A stretch of 64,000 nucleotides of DNA, taken from the NCBI GenBank assembly GCA_964016885.1, contig OZ024745.1:103044001-103108000 (forward strand), read 5' to 3'. This document shows, in pieces, positions 1 to 12,017 of this stretch. Both the position numbers and the translations under genes were made by a program. The notes below the pieces were generated by a model, which ran no database searches, was not told the DNA's origin, and was given only the letters and a program-made list of their open reading frames with translations. Numbering within the stretch: position 1 is the stretch's first letter; the number at the start of each line of letters is the position of its first letter. The DNA is from Eledone cirrhosa. Taxonomy: Eukaryota.

Positions 1-37
1 AGTACCATGCATATACTGGGGTCAATTCAATTGTTTA

Positions 38-2230
38 CACTGGTCTGCGATGTTTTCAAGGTCTAACATATAATACATGATTTTAGGCCAGTTTTTTGCT
101 CTGAATCCAAATATCATGCTCATTTTACTCAATCAGATCAGGTTAATGAAATATTAGCACATTAAAAATATCCTAAATTCCGATCTATTTGTAGGTGAAT
201 AAAACGCAATATTGAAAATATTAGACTGATTTATCCACAGAAGGCTTACAAAATATTTTGAATAGATAGCAAGAAGAGTATAATGAACTAAGGAAGCTAC
301 TCATGGATGAATGGTCTCTTCAGGGACTTCCGTTTGTGCTGAGCAGACTGCGCATCCCTCTTTAGGCACCAGCAGTAGTCAGCCAGAAAGTTGACATCCC
401 ATCGGCCTTGATAGCGTTCCTCCATAACACTGATATCTTGGTGAAAGCGCTCACCATGTTCTTCACTGAAGTCTCCACAATTCTCTGGAAAATAGTCCAG
501 ATGAGACCGGAGGAAGTGCATTTTCACTGACACGTGCGCACCAAGTTGGCGGAAATTCTCCATTAACTCATCAAACACCTTCTGATACTGGGAACTTCTG
601 TGGTTGCCAAGGAAGTTTGCAATGACTGACTTAAGGGACAACCAGGCAGAGAGTTCAGCAGGATTCAGTGCATCATCAAAACTAGTATCCTTGATGAGTT
701 CCCTTATTTGAGGACCATCAAATATACCTGCCTTAATTTTCTCCATGCTTTTTCGTTGAAACTTCTGATGGAAGAAAGCAAATCCTCCACCTTCGCTGTC
801 CAATGCCTTTACAAAGTTCTTCATGAGACCGAGTTTGATGTGGAGGGTTGGAAGCAATATCTCGCTCGGTTCAACCAGAGGGTGGGACAAAACGTTGTGT
901 GATCCAGGTTTTAATCCTTGTCTTAATGGCCACTTTTGTCTGACATAATGCTGGTCATCAGCACGGCTATCCCATAAGCACAGAAAGCATGGATACTTTG
1001 TGTAACCACCTTGAAGTCCTAGGATGAGTCCAACAACTTTAAGATCTCCACAGATCAACCATTTATGTTTCTGGTAATTCAGAGCAGACAACAGATGTTC
1101 CATGCTTTTGTGGGATTCTTTCATTTCAACTGAGTGCCCAACAGGGATCGATGAAAACTTGTTTCCGATATTCAGAAGAACTGCTTTGAGACTTCTGTTA
1201 GATGAGTCAATGAAAAGTCTCCATTCCATAGCATCATACTTCAGACCAAGTAATTCAATCAGGTCAGCAATATTGCTACAGTAGACCAGTGAAGATGCTT
1301 CATCAAACATGAAGAATTTTCTAAATTCTCTCTCGCGGTCCCGATACCAATAGAATGTTGTTCCTGGCGCCAGTAGACGTTTCTCTCGAAGACGAGAAAC
1401 CAGTAGCTGGGCAGACTCCTTCGAAAGGTTCAGGTCTCGTGTCAGTTCATTGAGTTCGGCTTGGGTCAAAGGCACCGGTTGGTCGTCCTCTTCTGACCTG
1501 TATTCATCACACTTAGCTGCATCAACCATGTCACTAGATTCGGAATCAGAATTAGATTCCATGGTGACATTTGGCTCAGGAACAGGAAGATTGGGGCCAT
1601 GGGGGACTGGCTTTATAGCAGAAGCAACATGAGGGTATTGAACATGGTGCTTGTTCTTGCGATTGATACCTTTTAGATTTGTCATGCAAAAGTAGCAGTC
1701 GGTAACGTGATCTTTCCCTTCCCTCCACACCATTGGGACACCAAATGGCATACTCTTCCTTTTCTTGTTCCTCCAATCCCGTAAGTTCTCTACACATGTT
1801 TTGCAGCAGATATGGGGAGCGAATAGCTTATCCTGGTCCCCTAGTTTGACTCCAAAGTAAGCGTGATATGCCTTCTTCACAAAATCCGTGATTTTTGCTT
1901 GACAGTCTGGAAGAATCTCATGTCCGCAGATGTAACAGAACCTATTAGGATGGTTTTTACACTTCCGATCTATTTTTCTAGACCTGAAAAGAGAAATAAA
2001 AATAATTATTAAAGGTTACCCACGACCCGGTTTTGCAAAAGCAAAGCCCATAAACGCTTGGATTGCGATATTTTAGAAAAATATGCTGGAAAAGAAATAG
2101 ACTATATCTTAGAAACCAAACCTGACCCAGAAAAATAAACTGTATTTTTGAATTCAGCATGCAAAAAGGGTCCTAAATCATTTGGAAAACCCTTGACCTT
2201 TTAAAAAAAGTTTTGAAACGCAGACCAGTG
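38..2230 (-). mobile_element. Full-length Chapaev3-type (CMC superfamily) DNA transposon
   Basis: Perfect 12-bp TIRs CACTGGTCTGCG (38-49) and CGCAGACCAGTG (2219-2230), flanked by TTA on both sides (35-37, 2231-2233). CAC termini and a TWA TSD are typical of Chapaev3. Encloses one long transposase ORF. Confidence 0.88.
297..1973 (-). CDS. Chapaev3-type transposase (Cys-rich N-terminus, DDE core)
   Basis: Uninterrupted frame. It extends 31 codons upstream of the track's GTG at 1880 (IDRKCKNHPNRFCYICG...). Motifs HICCKTC, DHVTDCYFC, LFIDSS, ICGDLK, PCFLC, LHIKLG, FDGPQIR, SEEHGERFHQD. No in-frame ATG at the 5' end; ATA at 1973-1971 may be a mutated start. Confidence 0.85.
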   Translation of the reverse strand: MDRKCKNHPNRFCYICGHEILPDCQAKITDFVKKAYHAYFGVKLGDQDKLFAPHICCKTCVENLRDWRNKKRKSMPFGVPMVWREGKDHVTDCYFCMTNLKGINRKNKHHVQYPHVASAIKPVPHGPNLPVPEPNVTMESNSDSESSDMVDAAKCDEYRSEEDDQPVPLTQAELNELTRDLNLSKESAQLLVSRLREKRLLAPGTTFYWYRDREREFRKFFMFDEASSLVYCSNIADLIELLGLKYDAMEWRLFIDSSNRSLKAVLLNIGNKFSSIPVGHSVEMKESHKSMEHLLSALNYQKHKWLICGDLKVVGLILGLQGGYTKYPCFLCLWDSRADDQHYVRQKWPLRQGLKPGSHNVLSHPLVEPSEILLPTLHIKLGLMKNFVKALDSEGGGFAFFHQKFQRKSMEKIKAGIFDGPQIRELIKDTSFDDALNPAELSAWLSLKSVIANFLGNHRSSQYQKVFDELMENFRQLGAHVSVKMHFLRSHLDYFPENCGDFSEEHGERFHQDISVMEERYQGRWDVNFLADYCWCLKRDAQSAQHKRKSLKRPFIHE

Positions 2231-2649
2231 TTATCTTTGCCTCACCATTCCCTTTAACACACACAAACTACACATTTTTATGGCCAAAACTACTTCACCC
2301 AATATACCCTTTCTTTTAAGGTGAGATTGTGTCGTCTGAGGAATACTTGGCTGATATTTTTAGCAGCTTGAGTGACCATATAGAGGCTCTATCACCAGCT
2401 TGTTTTATGGTGATAGTTAATTCCAATAGATAAAATATATGACCTTAAACAGAAAAAAATTATATATGCATATAAATATATAAATATACACTGTCTTACA
2501 CACACACACACACATATTTAAGGGAAAAAGCAGCGATTCTTTGCTTAAACTTTAACCTGTCGTTATAAGGAATATATATATAGATGATATGTTTCTGTTT
2601 TTGTGTTTTGCTGTGATGTTAAAAAGAGCAGTGAAATAATTGTGCTACA

Positions 2650-3110
2650 ATGTTGTTATGAGATGCGAGCTTGATTTTTATTGTGGGCAGATAGCATGGG
2701 GCTCAAACCATAGGTGTATTTTAAAGATGATGCCAACATCATTTGAGCAATGCTGATGGAATGTGTTTTCTACATTATGCAGATAATGCAGGTCTCATGA
2801 TGGCATCAGAGAGAGTAGTGTTTGAACTTTTCTATTTGACCCTAATAATCAAGGCCTGTCATGCCACCCATATTGACCTTTGAAGGGCTTCAATTTTCAT
2901 AATACTTTGTTTCATGTGAGGAGACCACAGTGGACAACAGCATTCAAGGTAGGGTTGGGCAAAAGTAGGATAAGGATAATAGTGTGGATATATCTCGACT
3001 GGAATGTTCTGAGAATCCAGGAGCACAATTTGCAGGCCCAGTCAACTTTGGTGTTTATATGAGTATCCCAGCTTAGGTTGTTATCAACAATTACTCTCAA
3101 GTCTTCCAAT
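2650..3110 (-). mobile_element. Degraded CR1/L2-like LINE 3' fragment
   Basis: Translation EDLRVIVDNNLSWDTHINTKV...WILRTFQSR resembles the post-RT region of CR1-group LINEs; frameshifted. Confidence 0.55.
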
Positions 3111-3726
3111 AGCTGATTTCATGATGTTTGTGTTGCAAATGGTTAGGCCATATGTATGAAAAAACTTCAGAAACCTAGGCACCTCTTCATTTCTTATACT
3201 GCACTCATAACCTCCATGTGCACTGAGAAAGCCATCACCATGTTTCCAACATGATCATTGAAGTCATCAGCCATGATAATAAATTTACTATCATTTGTCC
3301 TTGAGGTTTTCTGTAATTAATCCAATTCTTTTTTTCTTAATCTGTATGACCCTATATGCTATCATGATATATTTAATTTATGTGAAGATTATTGGAGGGA
3401 GTATCACCCTAGCTGTTATCATGGAATACTGAAAGTATGTGAAAATTATTGGAGGCTGTATGAATCTGGAGAAGATTTGATAATTATTGAATATCTAAGG
3501 GCATTGAAAACGTATATGGTGAATAATTAAAACAATTATTACAGCAGTATGTTTCAATGAAAAAAGAAATTACTTGAACTGGTTGGAATATAAGCTAATT
3601 GTATACACAAAATGTCTTATAAATAAGAAAAAAAAACATTTTATTCTTTGACAATTGAATTAGTAGCTTTCACCATATTTTGACTACAGAAAATAATCTA
3701 ATAACAAGGCATATAAGCCGCTACAA

Positions 3727-3912
3727 TGAAAAAATAGGCATCAGCATGCATGGGAATTGAACCCACATCTCTCCTAATTGTGCTAGACCAATTACACCAA
3801 TCTAACCTGCCTGCCCCGGGTGGGAAAGTTTGTGTTATCAGTTTAGCACACTTATGTGGACAATTAGAGGTGTTGGTTTGATTCCCAGACATGCTGATGC
3901 ATATTTTTTTTT
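3727..3912. repeat. Head-to-head inverted pair of tRNA-like (Pol III) units
   Basis: Imperfect inverted arms (ggcatcagcatgcatgggaattgaaccc / ggtttgattcccagacatgctgatgc). Each arm has a B-box-like motif followed by a T run on its own strand. Confidence 0.55.
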
Positions 3913-4487
3913 CTGTTATTTAACTCTTTTCTGTTGTCATAATAAAATTACAAACTCAATTTTCAAATTTCAGTCACCACCGTATTCAAACATATTTGCT
4001 TATTTTATTCTTGTTTTATTATATAGTCCATACATGTGTATTATTGACATAATATATTAAAACTGACAACATATCGAAGCTTGTAATTTATTACCTACCA
4101 TACAAATTTACAGAGTATACATTTTCTGACATCTCTAGAGAGGTTGTTGCCTTCAGCAGAATTAAAGGATCCTCTTAATCTTGCAGTGTCTCTACTCATT
4201 TGCTGACACTACTTTACAGATTATATACACTGCGTTTTATCATGATACCAGCACAAGAAATTTTGTCTGGAGTCATTGCAATGAGCATGGCTAACTGGAG
4301 AACTAGGAGAGAGAACAAAGACAAAATAAGCAGGGTGAGTTGGTGAAGAGGGGAAAGAGTATGATGGCAGAAAGAAAGTAATTAGGGTGAGCAAGTGACA
4401 GAGTTGGGGGTAATAAAAAAGAGACAATGCTAGGAGGAGTAATGTAAGTGACAGTAACAACAAGGAATAAAAGGGAAAGGAAATAAT

Positions 4488-4673
4488 TGTTTCTACTTTA
4501 GGCACAAGGCCAGCAATTACCTAGTGCATTACTGGTACTTTATTTTATCGACCTCGTAAGGATGAAAGGCAAAGTCAACCTCGGCGGGATTTGAACTCAG
4601 ATCGTAAAGGGACGTAACTATGCTGGAAAGCATGGCGTCCGACCCTCTACCGATACTGCCAATCCACCGCCCT
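4488..4673 (-). mobile_element. tRNA-derived SINE, family A (Nin-domain-like core)
   Basis: A box (tggcagtatcggt), B box (gagttcaaatccc), core gttgactttgcctttcatccttac, tail gtagaaacaattatt; 15-bp TSD gggaaaggaaataat (4473-4487 / 4674-4688). Confidence 0.9.
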
Positions 4674-4983
4674 GGGAAAGGAAATAATATCAGGAAGACA
4701 ATGATGGCAGTTACAAGGCACTGAATATCTATTAATTCGTTATAATATCTCTAGTATTGCGATATCATGAGATAATCCAATCGTTATTTATTTCTGTTTC
4801 TAATATTACTCACTTAGAAACGAATACTAAATCAGGTTGGAATCATTTGATGTATAGAAATAGCTTCAAGTTTGTTTGTTCAGAATTATGCCCTAGTAGT
4901 AGGTTCTGCATGGTAGCACACTCTGTACAATAACCACCATCAGCCACTTGAAATCATTCTTCCATATAAATGAAGTCTATTAT

Positions 4984-5180
4984 AGGCGGTGGATTGGCAG
5001 TATCAGTAGAGGGTCGGATGCCATGCTTTGCAGCAAAGAGTTACGGCCCTTTATGGTCTGCGTTCAAACCCCACCATGGTTAACTTTGCCTTTGATCCTT
5101 ACGGGGTCGATAAAATAAAGTACCAGTAATACATTAGAATAATTGCTGGCCTTGTGCCAAAAGTAGAAACAATTATTATA
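4984..5180 (+). mobile_element. SINE family A
   Basis: Full-length match to the 4488-4673 copy, opposite orientation. Confidence 0.9.
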
Positions 5181-5405
5181 TTCACATATATTTGTTTTCT
5201 AATATTTCACAAATACCAAATAGAGCAGAGAAATAGTTTTATATTTTTAAATACCTTTGTTGTATAAGAAACACAGCCTGTTTTACATAAATTTATATAT
5301 TCTCAATTTAGTTTTCTTTATAAAACTGTGTCATGAACTGTATTTTAACAAAAATCTTTTGTTTTTCATTTTCTAAATATATTTTCATTTTTAATTCAAT
5401 TCTAG

Positions 5406-5543
5406 CCCAAAGGTACTCCGTATTGTCCAGATGCAGAAGATGTCTCCAGTGTTAGACTGTACGGTGACCACCAAGTCATTCTAAGGAAAAAAGATTTTAA
5501 ACCAGAATATATTGTATCAAATTTAGAACTTAAAGACATGGAA
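5406..5543 (+). CDS. Protein tyrosine phosphatase domain, internal exon (phase 0/0)
   Basis: T-rich tract + AG acceptor (5404-5405), GTGAGT donor at 5544; 46 codons PKGTPYCPDAEDVSSVRLYGDHQVILRKKDFKPEYIVSNLELKDME, matching the KCxxYWP...YG segment; splices in frame to the next exon. Confidence 0.8.
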
Positions 5544-6313
5544 GTGAGTATGCAATGTTTTGCTTTAAAGCTATTCACATCTAAATTTTGATTTAAATTT
5601 CTTTATAGAAATGATAGATTAAACTAGGATTATGCAGTAAATATGTGTTGCACTTTTTTAAACTGGTGCTTTGTGAAAATATAACATTGAACATGAAATT
5701 GCAGTTCTAGTGAGAATTGATTTTAAGTCACTGTTATTTCAAACAGGTCATTACTTGACCTGTTAGAAAGTAATACCTGAGAGGAAGATGGGGTTTGGTC
5801 AGGATTGTAAAATCTTTGATTGTATAGGTATGTTTTGTCAGGGCTAACCTGGAGCTAAGCAACAACAAACCCTCTATGCTGTTAGCCTTCTGATAACACT
5901 AATGCATCACATTTCCCCTTTTATCTCTACACAATAACTATGAAATCATTTTCAAATCTATGTTTGTATACTGCATTTGTTTTTATTCTGCATATTTGAT
6001 GTTATGGCTTGAGGCGGAATCACAAAATCTTTTTCTCATTATTTTGTTGCTAGTAATATTTATGTAGCTGCATGAATTAATGAGCCAGCAACTAAAATTT
6101 CAGTTCTAAATTTTTAAGACAATGGGCTCAATAAAGACAGGATGGCTAACTGAAGCTCTAAAAAATAAAATTTGATTCACACTAAAATCACTTATTAATC
6201 TTTTCATTACCATATGTCTAATGAAAAACATGAACCATAATTTTCAAATCATTTTGAAAGTAAGGAATTTGGAGGGAGTTAGTAAAATAACTAAGTTTCT
6301 ATTTATTAACCCA

Positions 6314-6533
6314 CCCTTTAGCATTCACATTACTCTATATATACTATTATATTTTCATGGTAAAGGGTTTACCATGCATAATTATCTCACATTATATCGA
6401 ATCTATGAGATTTTGAAAGTATTTATTTTGAGAACAATACCTTAACATCAGTTTGAACGACCGGTTACAGCCAGTTTCAACAGAAAAAGGTAGAGAATTC
6501 TGGCCGGTTTTAGCTGGTTTGAACATTAAAGGG
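6314..6533. mobile_element. piggyBac-like MITE (CCCTTT termini, TTAA site)
   Basis: ccctttagcatt...aaaggg followed by TTAA; homologous to copies at 30075 and 57840. Confidence 0.7.
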
Positions 6534-7102
6534 TTAAACTAGCATTTGGAACAACTTAACAAATGTTCTTATATAAAATTATGATTGAAAGCTTTTCTAT
6601 ACATGTAAATACATCAAAATAAACTATCATAGAACCAGTACCAGTTTCACACAGTTTGATATCAAAAGAGTTAAATGGATGGTGTGGTTTGGTTCTTTGA
6701 TACTGAAGCATGACTTTTGTAAACAAGGGCACAGATTTGTATGCGACTCTCGGATATCTCTGGACAAGAGATTCTTTTTCATTTTACGCCATTTGCCTTC
6801 TAGAACATGTGCATTCAAAGTGCAAGATCAATGGTTCACTGCAGTTCTGTTCAAAGAAAGTTAATTTAAATTACTTAATATTACCAAAAGCTAAGTTCAT
6901 ATCACACAATACAGCAATAATAATAATATTTTTCTTTTATTTAATATGTCTGTTACTAATAACTACTACTCCTATAGCTTAAACAACAGCTGTTGTTATG
7001 ACTACCAATGCTACTATTAGCATTGCAAATATAGTTTACATTACAAATAGTAGAATATATAAGGCTTCAGTAATTAAAAAACTATATATATATATATATA
7101 TC

Positions 7103-7405
7103 CACACTGTAAAGTGGTCATGTATGTGTCATGACAAAAATCACTCAGCCTACACTGTAAAGTGGTCATGTAGGTGTCACGACAAAAAGGCACACAGCAC
7201 ACACTGTAAAGTGGCCATGTAGGTCTCACAATGAAAAGTACCCAGCACACACTGTAAATATGGTTGGTGTTTGGAAGGGCATCCAGACATAGAAACCAAG
7301 CCAGAAAGAGTTTTGTATGAGCAAGACACGGTCACCTGACCCATCTTTCCAGAAACTGGACAACATGTCTGACGTATGCTAGCATGGAAAATGGATGTTA
7401 AATGA

Positions 7406-7408
<3 letters not shown>
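7103..7408 (+). mobile_element. RTE-type 3' UTR / SINE tail fragment with tandem cacactgtaaagtgg modules
   Basis: Several ~47-bp modules, then the ttggtgtt-ggaagggcatccag core and a (TGA)n tail, between (TA)n runs. Confidence 0.75.
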
Positions 7409-7442
<34 letters not shown>

Positions 7443-7535
7443 ACCAGTTCTTTGAGAAAACAACATCATACTTCGAGACTGAGCATATCAATAGATCGTA
7501 ATACATAGGTATATGTATATATATATATATATATA

Positions 7536-7898
7536 CACGACCGTGACATCTGGCGTCACGCAGTAATACAGAGTACCCGACCTCCCATGGGTACAAGCTG
7601 AAGCATATAGACAATATGCCCCCACACCCCCCACCGCAAGGTGGTCATGGAGGTGCCACAGCAAAAAAGCACCCAGGCCACACTGTAAAGTAGACGTGTA
7701 GGCGCCACGAAAAAGCACCCAGCACTCACTGTAAATGAGGTTGGTGTTAGGAAGGGCATCCAGCTGTAGAAATCAAGCCAGAATCAGTTCCTGTATGAGC
7801 AAGGCATGGTCAGCCAACCAGACACTGCCCACAACAGGACAACCCGTCTAACCCCTGCTAGCGTGGAAGAACGGACGTAAAACGGTGATGATGATGAT
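7536..7898 (+). mobile_element. RTE LINE 3' end (end of ORF + UTR)
   Basis: Matches 26615-26880; (TGA)n tail; inserted in (TA)n. Confidence 0.8.
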
Positions 7899-7909
7899 AA
7901 TATATATAT

Positions 7910-8405
7910 CTTCTTCTTTGCCCACTTATTCCTAAGAGAGTTGTGGAGGCAGAGTCCTCAAATGCTCCTTCCAACAGGTCCTGTCAGAAGCAACCATCTC
8001 CAACTGATCCAGCTGGATCCCCAAGCGAAACCAGCCAAACTTATGGATGTTATCCAACCATCTTGCTTGGGGTCTACCGCTGGGTCTCCTGCCAGTTGGT
8101 TTTACCTGTAAAATCTGTCCAACAATTCTTTCCTGAGACATTCTAACCACATGCTCATAGTACCAGAACTGTGATCTCTTAATTTGGGGAAGGAGAGCTC
8201 TATCTGGAGTGATCCTCTGATCTCTGAGCTACGAACACTATCAAGTAATGTTACCCCAAAGACCCTTGGGAGGAACCCCATTTTGGCCTCTTCTATTCGT
8301 GATCATATTCCTTCAATCATTACCCAAGATTCATGAGCATTGGGAAGGGTTGGCACAAGTACTGAATTGAAGATAATGAGTTTGGCCTTTATGCCTACCA
8401 CCCTT
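7910..8405 (-). mobile_element. RTE-clade LINE 3' fragment (second family)
   Basis: HVVRMSQERIVGQIL...GRRPSGRPQARWLDNI...DRTCW is a typical RTE C-terminus; (AAG)n tail. Confidence 0.75.
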
Positions 8406-9284
8406 TAATATATATATATATATCTATATATAGAAAAGATGAATATAAAATGAAAGTGCTTTTTTTAAAAAGGAATTTATTAGGTATTGACATATGTTTC
8501 TGTAACAGACGGAATACCTATGTATCGCTGCTTGCGTAATCATGTTAGCAAGTATTCGATAGCAAATGTATAATCAGTTGTCACTTCTTCAGAGATTTTT
8601 GATAAATTGGATAAAATCAGAAAAATTGAAGTATTTATATTAGTAATAGAGGAAGAAGAGAGGGGATAGTATATGACAGATGGTAATTCAATTTACTGCT
8701 AAACAAGTATATAAAGGGTTTCTAATGAGAATACCATGAGTAAATGGTTTATTTTATCTAAATACGAATTTTTGGGAGTGCCAATTTTAATCTATACTTG
8801 ACCAATTGGACAGTGGACAGGGCTGGTCATTTGGTGTAGTAGTATTAATTATAAAGTGTCAATTGGGGAAGGGGGAGATTTCGATTGCTACTGAATAACA
8901 TCAATGCTAGTAGCCAGCTGGTATATGCATTAGGGAATTGAATTAAGAAATCAGAAATCTCATTTTATCTATAGCAGTTTATATTAAATGGTAAATAATA
9001 GAAGAGTTGATAGAATTAAGACTAATAGAGAATGTTAATATCTATATTGACAATCAAACGGAGATAGAGACAGGCGTTCAATCCTGGTAGTATTTATAAT
9101 ATGAAAATGTAGATTTTAAGCGATGGTTACAGTATAACGATCGCTCTATTCTATATATATATTAACGGGTGGTAGGCGTAAAGGCCAAACTCATTATCTT
9201 CAATTCAGTATTCGTGCCAACCCTTCCCAATGCTGGAATTGAAATATCAAGACTGTAGAGGTATGTCATATATCAAATCATATA

Positions 9285-9348
9285 TTTTATCTGACGAGGA
9301 CGTACTGAAAAAAAAAAACACAGTACCTTCGAAATATATATAATAAAG
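9285..9348 (+). ncRNA. Minimal type I hammerhead ribozyme motif
   Basis: Stem I ttttat/ataaag; core CTGACGA (9291-9297); stem II ggac-gtactg/cagtac-cttc (one mismatch); GAAA (9331-9334); palindromic short stem III tatata; UA cleavage dinucleotide 9341-9342. Confidence 0.7.
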
Positions 9349-9490
9349 CATATATTTTGATTATGCGAAGATCTTCATTTGTTAATATTTTGAATAATAT
9401 TAAAACTCCAGGAATATTTCTTTGTTGAGTGCTTTTAATCTATTGTAAAACTGTATTCATTGAGTAATCAATGAACTATATTAATCTTTG

Positions 9491-9894
<404 letters not shown>

Positions 9895-9920
9895 TATATA
9901 ATATATATATATTATATATA

Positions 9921-10250
9921 TCATCATTTTATCATTTTACGTCCGCTTTTCCCTGCTTACAAGGGTGGGACGGGAACTGATTTTTGCTTGATTTCTACAG
10001 CTGGATGCCCTTCCTAACACCAACCTCATTTACAGTGAGTGCTTTTTTGCCGTGGCACCTTCACAACCACTTTACAGTGGAATGATAGGGACCCCAGTCC
10101 CTATCATCTCATTTCTACAGCTGAGTAAACTGGAGCAATGTAAAATAAAGTGTCTTGCTCAAGGAAACAACACATCACCCGGTCTGAGAATTGAACTCAC
10201 AACCTTTCGATTGCAAGGCCAATGCTCTAACCACTAAGCCATGTGCCTCC
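9921..10250 (-). mobile_element. SINE family B
   Basis: Same head, central ccttgagcaagacacttt domain and RTE-like tail; tail-to-tail with 9650-9894. Confidence 0.9.
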
Positions 10251-10276
10251 TATATATATTATAATATATATATATT

Positions 10277-10655
10277 ATATATATAATATCTGTATACGGT
10301 GGAGGATTGGTTGTATCAATAGAGGATCTGACGCCATGCTTTGCAGCAAAGAGTTACGGCCCTTTATGGTCTGAGTTCAAATCCTGCCGAGGTTAACTTT
10401 GTCTTTCATCCTTACAGGGGCGATAAAATAAAGTACCAGTAATACACTGGGATAATTGCTGGCCTTGTGCCAAAAGTAGAAACAATTATTAATGGGTGGG
10501 GGATTGACAGTATCAGTAGAAGGTCGGACGCCATGCTTTGAGTTCAAATCCCGCCAAGGTTAACTTTGCCTTTTATCCGTACGGGGTTGATAAAATAAAG
10601 TACCAGTAATGAACTGGGTATTTGCTGGCCTTGTGCCAAAAGTAGAAACAATTAT
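10277..10655 (+). mobile_element. Two tandem SINE family A copies
   Basis: Copies at ~10277-10490 and ~10494-10655; the second has an internal deletion. Confidence 0.88.
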
Positions 10656-10715
10656 ATATATAATATATATATAATATATTATATATATATTATATATATA
10701 TATCATTTATATATA

Positions 10716-10932
10716 TCATCTTCATCATCATCATCATTTTACGTCCGCTTTTCCCTGCTTGCAAGGGTGGGACGGGAACTGATTCTGGCTTGATTTCTAC
10801 AGCTGGATGCCCTTCCTAACACCAACCTCATTTACAGTGAGTGCTGGGTGCTTTTTTGCCGTGGCACCTCCACGGCCACTTTGTAGTGGAATGATAGGGA
10901 CCCCAGTCATTATCATCTCATTTCTACAGCTG
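10716..10932 (-). mobile_element. 5'-truncated SINE family B
   Basis: Tail and part of the central domain, between (TA)n runs. Confidence 0.85.
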
Positions 10933-11494
10933 ATATATATAATGTGTGTGTGTGTGTTTCAATAATCAGTGTTGGTTAATCCAAGCAATCAACCAATCAT
11001 GGTGTAATCAAATGTAAACACTTCAGACTTTTGAAGGGGTTTTAAAACAAATAAAACTTACAAGTTGATATTGCCTATTTTTCTTATCAGTTAAATCTTA
11101 GCAGGTGATGACTGTCATATTTATATATCACTATCATTGTCACATTGGTGTTCACTTATCTAAGCTGTGGGGTAGAGGAAACAGAGGGTGTTCCTAAGCT
11201 AAGTGATCATGTGCTCAAGCTAAATCTTAATATAGTGGTTTCACATCATTCTACACCCATGCATACGTGTTGATGGTCATATAGAAGCAGTATACCCACA
11301 TACATGTAAGTACTCATCAATAAGCAACTAACCATATGCACATATGCAGACAGGCACTCAACTTACAGGTGCACATGCGTCGTTCCACCCACATAAAAAA
11401 AGAAAGTAAGGAACTATTCACACCATAAGTAAAAGCAAAGATGGAATGTTAGTTGATAAGGACATGATTATTCAATGTCCTAACCTGTAAAATG

Positions 11495-11792
11495 AATGCG
11501 CATGGCTTAGTGGTTAGAGCATTGGGCTTGCAATCGTAAGGTTGTGAGTTTGATTCTCAGACCGGGTGATGCGTTGTTTCCTTGAGCAAGACACTATATT
11601 TCATGTTGCTCCAGTTTACTCAGCTGTAGAAATGAGTTGCGACATCATTGGTGGCATGGAGAGGGGAGGCTGGCATGCATGGGTGACTGCTGGACTTCCA
11701 CAAAAAACCTTGCCCGGACTTGTGCTTTGGAGGGAAACTTTCTAGGTGCAAATCCTATGATCATTCATAACCGAAGGAGGTCTTTACCTTTT
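11495..11792 (+). mobile_element. SINE family B head/core with a different 3' tail
   Basis: Same tRNA head and core to tgtagaaatgag, then an unrelated tail ending tctttaccttttt. Confidence 0.8.
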
Positions 11793-11907
11793 TAAACTGT
11801 AAAGCGGAAGTTAATCTTAACTATAATAAAGAAAGGAGTGCGGAACTGCGTCCAGAATATATTTTTTTACCTCGATTGTAAAATAACTTGGATTACTTTG
11901 AATAAAT

Positions 11908-12017
11908 AATTATTTCTACTTTTGGCACAAGGCCAGCAATTACCCAGTGCATTACTGGTACTTTATTTTATCGACCACGTAAGGATGAAAGGTAAAGTTA
12001 ACCTCGGTGGATTTTGA
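11908..12017 (-). mobile_element. Truncated SINE family A
   Basis: 3' half of family A. Confidence 0.8.
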
